A DNA stretch of 60,000 nt. Origin: Amphiscolops sp. MND2022 (Eukaryota). The notes below the pieces were generated by a model. It was not told the DNA's origin, ran no database searches, and saw nothing but the letters and a program-made list of their open reading frames with translations. Within the stretch, counting starts at the first letter, position 1, and the number at the start of each line of letters is the position of its first letter. Both the position numbers and the translations under genes were made by a program. This document shows, one piece after another, positions 13,623 through 25,891 of this stretch. Location of the stretch: assembly GCA_964187785.1 (NCBI GenBank), contig OZ076409.1, positions 39,248,001-39,308,000 on the forward strand. Direction: 5' to 3'.

Positions 13623-15148
13623 AAGTTTTTTGAATTCTGGTTGAATTCTTCGTTGTAATCCTCGTCGTAACAGTCATTATGTACTTCGGTTTGGTTGGTC
13701 TCACTTGTTGCTTGTGATACCTGGTATTGTGGTTGTTGTCGTGAGTTTTGGGATTGTCGGAAATCTCGTCGGAACTCACGATTCTCCGTTGTGGACTGTT
13801 TTTGATAAGGTACATTCTGGTATGCTGATGCACCTGGGACTCGGTTTCTGCAGTCTCGTGCAGAGTGTCCAACTTTGCCACAGATTTGGCACACTAGCTT
13901 CGAGTTGTATCGGGGTTTGTCAGTCTGAGGCTGCTGGTTGTTATTGTCCTGTTGGGTGCGTTGGTAAGTTTTTGTGTGGATTCCGTTTGCTTCGTCCCGG
14001 AGGCGTTTTCGGCAGTCAATCCACTTATGTCCAACAATGTTGCAGTATCTGCAGTTGCCTTCAAATTTTCGTTTGACCTCTTTGTTGGTGGCAGTTGTTT
14101 GTTGGTTGGTTGGCTGCTTCGCGGGGTAATTCTGGATGTTGTTCAGAGGTTGCATCCCTGCAGGGGTGGGTAGCAGTTGTGCATATTGGCAACGTCTTTG
14201 CACGAAAGTCTTAATTTCCTCGCTGGTCGCATCGTGCTTTCCTGCCATTGCCAGCTCATTCTGGATTTGTATGGGTAATTTGGCAAACAGGAATGTTTCA
14301 GCTATGTCATTGGCTTTGTCACCATACGCCTGTTTTGCTAATTTTTTGAATTTTGTTAGAAAATCGGCAAATGACTCCGTTGTTGGGTCGTACCTCATTT
14401 GATCGAATTTGTACTTCGATACTTCTTTGAGGTCTTCTTTGGCGTATTCCTTGCTGAATGCCTGGAGGATTTCGGTGAGTGTTGTTTCGGTCGTTATCTT
14501 CAGAGTTTGCCAGAAATCGATGGCGTCATCTCTGAGGAGGCTTTGGAAATAATTCAATTTCTGCTCTTCCGTCAGTTTGTGCATATGTGGCCGGAGATGG
14601 TTTTTGAGCAAGTGTTCGAACTCATTGTACTTTTCTCGGTTGCCACGGAATAGAGGGACTTGTGTTTGGAGTATTTTGGGCTGGATCACTCCATCGGTCA
14701 TTGTTGTTCTGAGGTGCTGTATTTCGGTCATGACTTCTCCCATTTGTGGATCAAGTAATGAATGTGGAGTCCTTCTTGGTGGTTGCGTGTTGGGTGTAGG
14801 TGGTGGGTTCGCCAGGACTCCTGTCACCATGTCAGAACGGGCGGACGTCTCTGGGTTAGGCACGTCACGATTGTTCCCTTCCCTACTATTTGATAATCTG
14901 TCAGTAAGGGCTTTCACAATACTAATAAGTTCTCCAATTTGGCGATTCATTTCCAAGAAACGTTGTTCAAATCTATGATTTTCGTGGTCCCTCTCTATCT
15001 CTCTCATGTCATTTTCGAACTCATTTCCCAAGACATTTTCACCGAAATGGTCAGCAACACTCATGTTGTCTTCGTTATAGGAATAACTACTAGTTCCAGA
15101 TTGCTCGATTCTACTTTCTCTGTTAAATCTCGATCGAGTATTTACCAT
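13619..15148 (-). CDS. gag: Gag of element 1 (509 aa), starting inside the 5' LTR
   Basis: Capsid-like region followed by two CCHC knuckles, CRYCNIVGHKWIDC and CQICGKVGHSARDC. Confidence 0.93.
   Translation of the reverse strand: MVNTRSRFNRESRIEQSGTSSYSYNEDNMSVADHFGENVLGNEFENDMREIERDHENHRFEQRFLEMNRQIGELISIVKALTDRLSNSREGNNRDVPNPETSARSDMVTGVLANPPPTPNTQPPRRTPHSLLDPQMGEVMTEIQHLRTTMTDGVIQPKILQTQVPLFRGNREKYNEFEHLLKNHLRPHMHKLTEEQKLNYFQSLLRDDAIDFWQTLKITTETTLTEILQAFSKEYAKEDLKEVSKYKFDQMRYDPTTESFADFLTKFKKLAKQAYGDKANDIAETFLFAKLPIQIQNELAMAGKHDATSEEIKTFVQRRCQYAQLLPTPAGMQPLNNIQNYPAKQPTNQQTTATNKEVKRKFEGNCRYCNIVGHKWIDCRKRLRDEANGIHTKTYQRTQQDNNNQQPQTDKPRYNSKLVCQICGKVGHSARDCRNRVPGASAYQNVPYQKQSTTENREFRRDFRQSQNSRQQPQYQVSQATSETNQTEVHNDCYDEDYNEEFNQNSKNL
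13625..13631 (-). other. Putative -1 ribosomal frameshift heptamer A AAA AAC
   Basis: Lies two codons before the gag stop; the -1 frame is open through to the pol ATG at 13301. Confidence 0.7.
14818..14829 (-). other. Primer-binding site of element 1 (TGGTGACAGGAG)
   Basis: Directly after the 5' LTR, begins TGG (complement of tRNA CCA); identical 12-mer in element 2. Confidence 0.85.
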
Positions 15149-16038
15149 GATTGAAAAGTTATATTTTTAAGCAGTTTGAATTATGAAATGTAAGTTTAAG
15201 AATCAGAATATTGTATAATGCTTGTTAAGGTAACGACTGGATTCTACCGTGGTAAAGTTCTAATTGTTGGATTTTTGAATTGTACTAGCACCTTCAAACT
15301 CGTAATTACTCGTTAATCGCACTTGATTATTTGAGTCTCTTCTCAACTGGTCATTTGGTTAACCTGCTGTTAGCACCTCATGGTACATTTCGTACGACTG
15401 GTCACTTCAGTCGTTGTTAATTACCACTTCGGTACTTCCACTCTATTATCACAGCAGTATGCATCATTTGCCTTGTAACTTCACAGCGCGTACTAATGAT
15501 TGAAGTGCTGAATATAATTACTGCATTTGATCGTCGGTAATATTGCTCTAATTAGCACTGAATACAAATGGACGACTATTGATCGAAGTCGTTGCTGGTA
15601 ATTTCGCAAAGTTTTGGCTGATTGAATATTTATGAACTAAGCGATGCAAAATGACTATTGGTGAACTAAACGATGCTTTAGTAATTGGACTTTTGATGAT
15701 TTAAATATAAAAAACTGCATGTATGTTTAAGTAAAGGTACAACCGGATATGCCAGTCGTTTGTGTAAAGGTTTCATATATTGCACATAAAGTTTGTTGAA
15801 TTCGACTATCTATTTTAGTCGTTATTGCTAAACAGGTGAAAGGAAAATATGTTCATGTAAAATGTGTCGAAGCACACTGGTAGTTTGTGATATTGGTGAA
15901 TTGGGGTGACGACTGCATAGTACAGTCGTCCATTGTATGCATCTACATAAGCTTAAACTGTTTGTGTTTTGAATGTTTCAGTCGGTTGGTGGAGTCTTCA
16001 TTCTTCAGTCGTTATACTTCATACCAACCGGTATGACA
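14830..16038 (-). repeat. 5' LTR of element 1
   Basis: Direct repeat of 1345-2553, TGTCA...TGACA termini. Confidence 0.97.
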
Positions 16039-16232
16039 CTCTGATTGGACAAAAATCGAACAAGCAGGATCCTGCTAGTTCGCTACCGGGATGTGTCTCG
16101 TAATGAACTGACACAGCCACTTGATTAACCTATTTTCTAACCAAAAATTTGTACTTTAAAACTGCAAACCTTATCACAATACACCTTATTTGAGAAGTTT
16201 TACCATGATTTTCTGTATTCGATTCAAAAGCC

Positions 16233-16386
16233 TTTTGAAACCTTAAAGACTCTCCTTTTTTGATTCCGCAAAACTTACTTTTCAGCAGCTTCCTCAGGAT
16301 TCTGAAAATTTTGAAAATTTCCTGAGGAAGCTGCTGAAAAATAAGTTTTGCGGAATCAAAAAATTAGGGTCTTTAAGGTTTCAAAA
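16233..16386. repeat. Near-perfect inverted repeat (arms about 67 bp, loop about 20 bp)
   Basis: TTTTGAAACCTTAAAGAC...CTTCCTCAGGA mirrored by TCCTGAGGAAG...GTCTTTAAGGTTTCAAAA. Confidence 0.85.
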
Positions 16387-19303
16387 ATTTCAGAATCACA
16401 GTATTTTTTCTACGACCGGATGATAGATTTCATTCAGGCGCAAGAGTAAAAAGACTCTACTCTCTGTAAAAAATTGCTTCATGTTTCTAGGCATTGTGCC
16501 TCTACATTGGAGGTTGTATTACCTGATAATCCAATGAAAAGTTACCTCGATTAGTAATGTAACCGCAATCGAAGGAGCATTTGGATCAATGGCTTTCTTG
16601 CCTCAGGCTGAAAAAAAAACAAGAATGCAGCAAAAAATCCTGCTGTATTCTTCACAGAGTTTCTCAGACAAGTTTGCGCTGTTTTCATGTATTCTCAAGT
16701 ACCTTAAGTATTTCTCACAGTACCATTTTTATTAGAGATTTGCAGGCAAAATTGCCTGCGGTTTCAGGTAATTTTGTCCAAGATATTTTTACAGTGTACT
16801 ACCAAACTACCATTGAATATTAAATAATTCATTATCCCAATTCCGTATACGAATTTCGTTCTCAGTAAAACTATTTCCGCCTGTTTCAATAAGAAATTGG
16901 TAAATCAGAGAACTATTTCTAAATTTTAGCTTACAAATAGTTTCCGGTTCTAAAAAACTGCTTTTGGCAAATTGAATAAAATGAAACCTAACCAAAGTAT
17001 GAATAAACTGCGATACATAGGGCACTCAGTATGAACAAAAAAGGCGTGAACACACAGTTCAGTCTATCCACCCAGTCTCCAGAGTAGCAAAAGCGAGGAG
17101 TTGAGATTGTGTCCAGAAACATAATCTCTTTCTTCTTTGATCTCAGATATAAACTCTAAAAACCAACATTTACGAACTCAGTCAAATTTGAGTTATCTTT
17201 TCTGACGCTCAATCTGTTGATAATACAAGCTATTTTCTATATACGCTACTTACAATATATCATTCTGCCTAAATTATATCTTGTTTTACTGCTGAGTTGT
17301 TATCTCAAATATAAACATACCTGCAACCATAGGGCCAAAAGCAGGGAGCAACACTAACTAACCGCAAGAAAAGAACCGAATGAAGAGTGCATATGGTACA
17401 AGTGCTCTAAGTAAGTATCGGGGATACTCGACCTTCGCCAAAACCCATAACTCAATGGGTGACCCGTGCCAGTGGAAAGAAGTTTTGATTGAAGAATGAT
17501 TGTGATACTTTTACAAAGGAAGAAAAAATAAGCTTAAAATATCAGAACAGTCGCCAACTGATATAGCAGAAATCAATTTCGCCAAAGGAGCTCCAATCAT
17601 TTTCATGCTAGACTATGGTCAAGAAATTATTGTTTTTGTTATCTTCATCCATTTGATTGATAAATTAATTGCACATATTTGGCCAAAGTGGAAAAAATGC
17701 TTTTTCAAAAAAATTATGTTTTCAGCTTTTGTCATTTTTAATTTCCATCCCTAATTCATCGACGCGAGAAACTTCGTTATCGGAGAATTTGCTGCAATGT
17801 CATAAATTTTAGTCGTATTGCCCGAAACAAATATTCGTGGTCGGAAGCTTTGTCGATATTCCCGATAAGAAATCTGCCTGATGTCCGCTAACTTAACTAG
17901 TCAAAAGTGATAGTGACTCAATTGTATAGATTCTTCATTGAAATCACGCCCTAAAAAGAAGCATAACATAATTGTTCTGTATTAGTATCAATAGGAATTA
18001 ACGTGCCAAGAAGTGCATAGATCGAAGCCTCGCTTACAATAAAAAAAAACATTTTTCCTAATAGTTAATAAATCACTTTTCAAAACCTCACAGTGCCAAA
18101 AACACAAACGAAGGACTTTAAGGGGGGTATAAATTTTTTCTAGCCAAAAACAGGGAGAAATCAAAACGAGAATCTTTTGTGAGTAGAAACATTTTTTTAA
18201 AAAACCGTCAAAAAAAACCTCAGAAACTTTGAAAAACGAATTGGAACGTGAAGAAAAACAAAAATGCTACCATTTGAATCAACTTGGTTTCTTCAGATCT
18301 TAACTGTAATGATGACCTTGTAAAGAACTTTCGTGATCACTGCAATAATGGCTGCAATAATAACAAAGAAGTACGAAAAAGATTATGATCGTGTCCTTTT
18401 GTTTCATTAGGCTTTTATTGAAAAGAAATAGCTCTATAATCCCGCAAAATTATTCCCTCAAAGAGACTTCAGCGTATGTCACGTGATCTACAAACTCTTT
18501 ACATTTCAGGTTAGAAAAACAAATTGTCTTAGGGGCAGAAATATGAAAATGAAGACTAGAAGAATTGTACAAGATTGTTCAGAGATGAAAACGTTGCTGC
18601 ACCTCGCATACCAGTTGTGGAATAAATTATCATGGTTTGGTGAGTGATAAAGTTTTTCACTGTTCAACTCCATAATGCCGAACGTACCAAAACGTTCTCG
18701 TGATAAAGTTTGTCCTGATATGTGCCCAAAACTCGTTCTCGAACGCTTCAAAACAGGAGCTCTAGAAGCATATAGCAAATTGGTATTCGATGCAAATCTC
18801 TGTGGTTCCTATTGAAGACAAAAGTAATGTCGTCCGAAGACTGTATTTTCTAACGACTGTATTCCGGTAAACCAACCAACTGCAAATGAATTCTGAAACC
18901 AGATTCATGATATTGATGTTAGCAGGTATGTGAATACATATTTACTACAATCTTCATTTTCTAGAACTGAGTTAGAGTTGAAGTCAAATAACCTCTAATA
19001 CAGTTCCAGTTTTTACATGGCCCAAGATGTAACACATAATATGCATGAAAATGGAGAGACGCATAAGTACTTCAGACCACCAATGCTTGTAAGCGTTGAA
19101 TATAATTCCTGATTCGTCAGTTATGGAGTGCTTCGAGACAATGGTGACAAATTTGAAGACAATAAAATTGTAGTCCTTAAAAAGTTTGAGTGAACTTACA
19201 TTGGCGCCGATAGTCAACGCTAAGAAGCAAAGCAGTTTGAAATTGTCCTTTAAATAATTTAGTAACCAATCACATTCCGGAATCACATTGTAACCAATCA
19301 CAA

Positions 19304-19830
19304 CCCAGTGTAAAAACTCTTGCAACTCTTGATAAGAATCTTGGATATTCCTGAATTTCTTGGTAAGAATCTTGCCAAGATTCTTACCAAGAAATCCACG
19401 AATTTGCAAGATCTTGCAAGATCGTGCCAAGAAATTCAAGAGATGAACTAACAAAAGTGAATGAAAACAAACAAAAACCGACGCCAACTGCAGCTTGATC
19501 AGCGTACCTCTTATGCCGCAGCTTTTCGCGCTACCAACCAAGCTATCACGTTCTGAAATTCACTACTTTGTGTTGTCCTATATTCAATACTTCAAAGAAT
19601 GATAGTGTAGCTGGTAGTGCGAACAACAGCAAAATACTTGTAAACAAAATTGATGTTTGTTTTTTTATTCATTCTCTTGACACTCTTGATAAGACTCTTA
19701 CCAAGAATACTATCAAGAAATTCAAGAGGTTTGTGTGAAGCAAGAATAAACAAGATCTTATCAAGAGTTTCAAGAGTAAACGGGAATATGTAAGAATATG
19801 CAAGATCTTGACAAGAGTTTTTTCACTGGG
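19304..19830. mobile_element. MITE with CCCAGTG termini
   Basis: TIRs CCCAGTGTAAAAACTCTTG / CAAGAGTTTTTTCACTGGG; many internal CAAGA/TCTTG subterminal repeats; possible AA 2-bp TSD. Confidence 0.8.
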
Positions 19831-21759
19831 AACGAAGAATGGCACGCTGAAAATCCATGACCAAACTTTTGGTACTTGGTCAATAGGAAGGATGTCAGCT
19901 TGTAAAAGACTCCAACAATTACTCTAGAAATACATTTAAAATTCTAGACTTTTACAAGAGATAATTCAGTAGCATATTTTCTTGCGTGATTTTGTAACTG
20001 AACGTCAAAACTGTAATGTATTCTGAGATGATTGTTTCGATCGAAAAGTAGGCAAGAGAACAAAAAGAAAGCCAATTTCCGAATCTGGATGACTGACCTC
20101 TTTGGTTGAAGGTGACCTCTGTGGGATTGATGAGAGTTTTCTTAATTAAGAAAAAAAAAACATTTTTGGGCTGTGCCCACTTTTTAAGAAACTTTTTCTG
20201 TTCATTAGTTGTTTGATGTTTTCAGTTTATAAAACCTGTTTTCTGAGCACATGGGGTCACACCGTTGGGTGATTTCTGCACTGTGCGACTTTCTGCGAAA
20301 AATTTTAAGAAAAAATTACAATATCGGGTTTTGTGATAATTTTAGTTATTGAAAAGTCTTTTATTTACCTTAAAACGTCCCCCTTATAACAGTATACTGA
20401 AATCGATGAAATTCCTCCTCTTGTGTAAAATGCTCCTCTTGTGTAAATTATCAATCCAATGTTGCACTTTTTCGAAACTCACTGCCATTTCTCGAAAAGA
20501 AAGTTCTGAAAATGTTTTAAAAAACATTCATACGAGTGTGCCAATATGCAAGAATTGCCAATGACTTACACCCTGTTCGTTTTGTTTATACAAGTGAAAT
20601 TTTTTGTCAGAACTTCTCAAGGAAAAAAACACAACTCTATTTACAAAACGCAATTTATTTGAACGAATCATAAATCTATACAAAGGAACAGAAAACAGAT
20701 AACTGTATTTTCCTCCAAAAAAATTTAGAGTTTAAAAAACAAACAGTTCTTTTTGTTTATGCAAATTCATTTGCTATTGGTAAAAACGATTTTTTTCCAA
20801 AATTCGCCAAATACAATTACCAAAAAGTAATTGTTACAGCGACTATATAAAGAATCCGAATCAGTTCTTTATATAGTCACCGTCCAGGCGTATCACTTTC
20901 AATAATCTTTCATCATTTGAGGAGGTCAGTTTTTTTAATTAAGTTTGGGTCAATTTTCTTAGCAGCATTGACAATAGTTCTCCACAGATCGCCCTTTGAA
21001 TGAAACTGCTTGTTTTCCGCATAAACATTTCTCTTGATGATACCCCAAAAGTTTTCAATGGGATTTAAATCCGGTCATGCTGGTAGCCAGTTCATTATTC
21101 GTGACACAAAATTACCAATACTCGCCAGATATGATATTGAAATTTTTGCAGCATGCGAAGGTGCATTGGGTAGGCCGTGGTACCATAGTTCAAAATTTTG
21201 CCGTAAGAAAAGTTGGTAGGTTTTGGAATCCATTTTAACCCTTTCACGGACCCTAAATGGTCCTACTACTTTGTTATACACAATACCGGCCCAAAACATT
21301 ACTCCACTGCCACCTTGCTGGCGACGTCGCCTACGTGGACTTTCAGTTGCGGTATGCAGCCACCCTCTACAGAAGCCATCTTGTCCAACTAATGTGGCCC
21401 GATCAGGGATACCAATTAATAAAACCAATTACCAATTACCAACCCAATTGATTGTACGATTTTGACCCAATTAGCAATTACCAATTACTGAGAATAAAAA
21501 ACCAAATTACCCGATCCCAATTAGTTGTCAACTTTATCCAAAAACCAATTAGTTTTAAAGGTGCGGAGTTTCAAACCCAGTTATCCGATTTTGATTGGCA
21601 TTATAACAGAATTCATAGAAATCGAATTTTACCGATATTCATACATCTTTTTGTCACCCTAGCTTCTGCCAACGCGCTTCATCATTTTTCTTTCATTTTT
21701 CTATCATGTTTTATTTTTTATTAGAAAAGCAAATTGCAAAATATATTTTAAGTTCAGCG

Positions 21760-23723
21760 ATGAGTTCGGATATCGAATCAGACGTTACGGACCCTGGAGA
21801 TGAGTTTCAAATCATTGAGCAACATGATTCTGAACGTTGGAAACTTATTCGAGGAAACAGCCAGGTGTACAGTCACTTTTATGTTGAATTTGTGGATGGC
21901 ATCAAAACTGATAAGCGAAAATGTATAAAATGCTCTGCTATTGAGAGTGCTAATTTTGGTACATCATCAATGAAGACACACAGGGAAAAATGCTTGAAAC
22001 GTCAAACGAGTGATCCGACGCAAGGCAAATTGAAACATGCAAAGGCTCCGAAAATTGCAGATCCAAAGCATACGCAAGGACTAAATGACGCTGCACGACT
22101 TGTCTACGAAGACAATTTTCCCATTACAAGTGTAGCCTCATCAGCTGTATTGAAACAGTGGGCCAAACGGTTGGGATATGGTGAATTGCATTACTCTGAA
22201 ATCAATCAACGGATGACTGAAATCTATCAGCAAATTGTTGCAAATATTACGACGTTGCTGTCTTCGCGCAAGAATCAAGACGTCATATGTTTGAGTTTTG
22301 ACAAGTGGAAGGCTATTGATAGCACTAAATTTATTGGTGGATATCTCTACTAGAAGTATCTCCAAGAAGTACGAATAGAGATACTCGTGACTGGTACCAA
22401 AAATGAAGCATGTCATTAAAAAATGGGAGATTGTGATGACCTGGCAGTTTGTTCAAAACTGGTACTAAACTGAAAAATCTAAAAATTTTGTGTGATATTG
22501 GTGTGATTGTCTGAATCATTTTGAATTAATATACGAAAAGTAGTGCATAATATTATGTTTGTTCAGTCTACCACTTGAATTTAATTAAAGGAGAGATGCC
22601 GCGTATCGCGTCAAGCATAAAGTCGTGGAATCCAGGAAATTTATGATTTCTGCAATCTGATTGGTTCATTTCGCAAAACTTACGTTTTTGTGGAATCCGG
22701 GACACCGCTGCATGCCGACAGTTCGTACAGCTAAGCATTTGTTACTGGAATCCACGACTAAATCCGTGGAATCCGGGACAAATGACGTAATTTGCCAATT
22801 TTGCACGGTTAAAGGTATGGTCGTGGAATCCGAGGTATTGAACGCACTATGTTGCGCTTTGAGCAAATAAGGCTTGCCTGTGCACTCTAATGTACTTCAA
22901 GGCTGAGAAAATTTGCCTCAGGGTTGATGAATTGTACAGGCCCGTGCCCCGCTGAACGAATTATTGAGCAACTGGATCGCCGATTGTCCATATTCAATTT
23001 GTCTCTTTCCGATATTGGTGTATTTGTAACTGACATGGGATCGGATGTGCAGAAAGTTGCTCGTGTGGCAAACAAATTTACGTTTCCTTGCCTCTGCCAT
23101 GTGGTCAATTTGATTGTCAAGGATTTCATGCTGAAAACTGGGGCTGACATCCCAGACGATGATGAACTTGAATTTGAAGCAGATGGAGCAGACCCAGAGG
23201 AAGCAGAAATTACTGATGTGGTTATACGAGTCAAACGCGAAGTTAGACGAGTTAGACATAGAATTGATATGGAAACAAGATTGACCAAGGCACAGGAGGT
23301 AAAGAATGGAAAAGGGTTCGCCCTGAAGCTAATTCAGGATAATGCAACACGATGGAATTCGACCCTTGACATGTTGGAACGTTTTCTAAACCTGAGAGAT
23401 TTTATTGCAATTGCAGTCGATGGGATTGACAATTTCAATTGGGACGCATTAACGGAACTTGTAGACCTTCTTTCACCTCTGGTGATCATCAGTACGTGCC
23501 TAAGAAAATGGCCTATGCTGCCTTTAAAAAGGCTAGTAAATCGGATAACGATTTCGATTTCTTTGAAGCGTTGGAGAACTTCGTTCCTGCAGCAGTCGAT
23601 TCTGAGAGATTATTTTCATGGGGTCGAATCTCGAAAAATTATTTACGAAACCGAATGTCTCCCGAGAACCATTCGCGCAATGTGTTCATATATAAAAACA
23701 AATCATTCCATTGTTTTGTTTGA
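21760..23723 (+). pseudogene. hAT transposase, interrupted by an insertion and frameshifted
   Basis: BED finger (CIKC...H...C), LSFDKW, VTDMGS, CLCH, TRWNS; SERLFS in a shifted frame. Confidence 0.9.
22351..22893. mobile_element. About 540-bp non-coding insertion within the hAT transposase
   Basis: Separates GGYLY from YFKAEKFASGL; contains five TGGAATCC repeats; boundaries approximate. Confidence 0.55.
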
Positions 23724-25891
23724 ATCGAATTTGTTTGCCATTGAATTGTTTTCCATTGAATTTGTTTTCCCAGTGAAATATGGTACTAACTAACAGTCAT
23801 TAAATTGTTATAGCCACTTACTTCTTTGCCAATTCTACAGGTCACGGCAATACCAATCACTAAACCCAATTATCATACTGGATTTGACCCAATTACTGAC
23901 CCAATTATCGCATTTGTTACCAATCCCAATTACCAATTAATATACCGGCAACCCAATTACAATTATTGGCTCACCAATTAATTGGTATCCCTGGGCCCGA
24001 CATTCATCAGTAAATATATCTCGTCGGAAATCTAGTTTGATGCATTGTTTCGCCCATGCTACACGTTTTGATGTATGCACTTCAGACAGAGGAGGTTGGC
24101 GAACTGGTTGAACTGTTTTTCCAATTGCTGATAGAATTTTACATCTAAGTGTCGGACCACAGTTTTGGATGCCAGCTTCACAAAATAATTTTCCTCTGGT
24201 TGATAACGGATTTTGCTTCAATTTTCGTACCAAAATTGACTTGCTCCTTTTGGTAACTTTCCAAATTTCCTGTCTCCCATTTGTACGAACTTTGGTAGAG
24301 TTGTTGATGATCTGGCTTGACGTCTTTGACTTATTGCAAATTTGATATTCCTTTCCCAAGTGAACGAACATTTTCATCTTTTTCAGACAATGTCAAATCT
24401 TGTTTTTTGCCCATAGTAAAATTTTCTGATGGTATAACTTCAATAATGGTTGAAATAAATGTTCATAAATTAAAGTTGCTTAAACAAAACGAACACTTAG
24501 AATTTCATTTTATAAAAATTCGTTTCCTGCTTTTTAATTAAAACACGTGAAAACAATTTCATGCTACGTTTCAAAAACAATTAAGCATTCAAGATGTGTT
24601 TCGATATGTTGAACTTTTTCAATACACACTGAAGCTACATTTCTATTTTCAGTGACACTTGCATAAACAGAACGAACGTACTGTATTTACCATCATGCAA
24701 AAATGCCTGTTGTGTACTCTTTTAACAGGGCTATATATACTATTCTTACTAAAGTTGGTGTTTCGATGGAACGTTGAAGCAGCGAACAGGATTGGATCCC
24801 AATTAATTATAGCATTCATTACAATTCATACCATTCGATTGAAATCATGAATCAATCATATCTATAAGACAGAGTTTGTGACCTCATTTCGAATGTTTGT
24901 GGTTGCGAAGATCTCGGAACTGTCCAGACAGTTCTCTGGTAAGGTTCAACGGAACCTAGAGAAATCTGAGGTCGCTCTGGTATTTCTTTCGAAGATGCAC
25001 ACATTTGGTTTTTGGAGGGTACTGGTGGCGATGTTTCGGTTAGTGCTGGTACTTCTTCCTTTTCTGCCGACCCATTGCGAAGGTGATACAATTGAATCAC
25101 TGAAATCAGCCAACAACCTTGATCAGTTATTCTTATGATACAAAACTGTTGATACATTTGCGATAAATCTCTCGTTTCCAGTCTCTGGTTCTGATCAGAA
25201 CAGTCCACTGAATCTTTCAAATTCGATTAGTTTTTCTACGAAACTGTGTCTCAATTTCTTTGGCGTCAATATTAACTGCTTTCTTTTGGATCGAACTAAG
25301 TCATGTTCAAAATGCTATATACTAAATGCTATGATCTCGCATTGAGACTCATCGTTTTCGAAAATACAAACAAAAACAGTAAATAAACATTAATTTTTAA
25401 TCCAGTGGTTCATCGATTGACGATTGGAACTACAGGATATTGATGTGGCGAAAACTAGTCATGTCAAAAAAACAAACTGTATGTCATTCGAAACATGTGC
25501 TCCGTTAATGGTTCACTGACAGAATAAATTCAAAAACAACCTCTAGAAACGTCTTCAAGGAAGTTTTCACCAGGAAATTTCTGGACCTCGACGGAAAAAT
25601 GCTTCGATACTTCATTTGTTTCATGCATTTTGTGATAAACTTATTGTGTAGCCTAATTGTTGTGATAAACTTATTAAACAGAGAAGTACTGTTTGATTTG
25701 ATTTGTCCGATTACACTGGAAATCACTGTGAGGCCTGGAAATCACTGTGACAACTGGGGCTGGACGGTCAACACTCTCGGGTCTCTGGGCGATTCTGTTG
25801 GTCTACCTCAACAATTCTCAAATTAAGTTAGTCCATTCCAAATTTTCTGACCTTTCGGATCATCTATTCATATCATCTCATACATTCATTT

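Larger units (their letters stand above)
1345..16038 (-). mobile_element. Full-length Ty3/Gypsy LTR retrotransposon, element 1 (14.7 kb)
   Basis: Two 1209-bp direct repeats with TG...CA ends; 5-bp TSD CTCTG (1340-1344 and 16039-16043); PBS, PPT, gag, and pol in PR-RT-RH-IN order. Confidence 0.97.
570..16100. mobile_element. Non-autonomous TA-targeting DNA transposon (MITE, about 830 bp) split by insertion of LTR element 1
   Basis: Inverted termini CGAGACACATCCCG at 570 and CGGGATGTGTCTCG ending 16100, each flanked by TA; internal AGTTAGTCAA/TTGACTAACT repeats at about 645-870. Confidence 0.7.
21404..23993 (+). mobile_element. hAT DNA transposon
   Basis: 17-bp TIRs CAGGGATACCAATTAAT / ATTAATTGGTATCCCTG; 8-bp TSD GGCCCGAT / GGCCCGAC; CCAATT subterminal repeats at both ends. 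Confidence 0.93.
20569..24683 (-). mobile_element. Degenerate Tc1-type DNA transposon (about 1.5 kb) interrupted by a hAT element
   Basis: Imperfect 28-bp TIRs (20569-20596, 24656-24683) flanked by TA; transposase remnants IFTDECRA|TL.G.DG, GVMFWAGI, NAPSH and PDLNPIENFW. Confidence 0.88.

Noticed and set aside
9887..14978. Numerous short + strand ORFs over gag/pol (likewise 40912-47352)
   Set aside because: Antisense shadows of long coding frames, with no motifs or splice pattern
16560..17650. Hydrophobic minus-strand stretches vaguely resembling a 7TM receptor pseudogene
   Set aside because: Multiple stops and no diagnostic motif; cannot be supported
18984..19541. 185-aa minus-strand ORF
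   Set aside because: N-terminal half lies inside the CCCAGTG MITE; the flanking part may be a decayed gene but is unidentifiable
21404..21600. Short repeated CCAATT motifs (also the CAAGA and TGGAATCC arrays) as a CRISPR-like array
   Set aside because: Irregular spacing, very short units, eukaryotic context; they are transposon subterminal repeats
24852..25220. 122-aa minus-strand ORF
   Set aside because: No recognisable domain; neighbouring frames are full of stops
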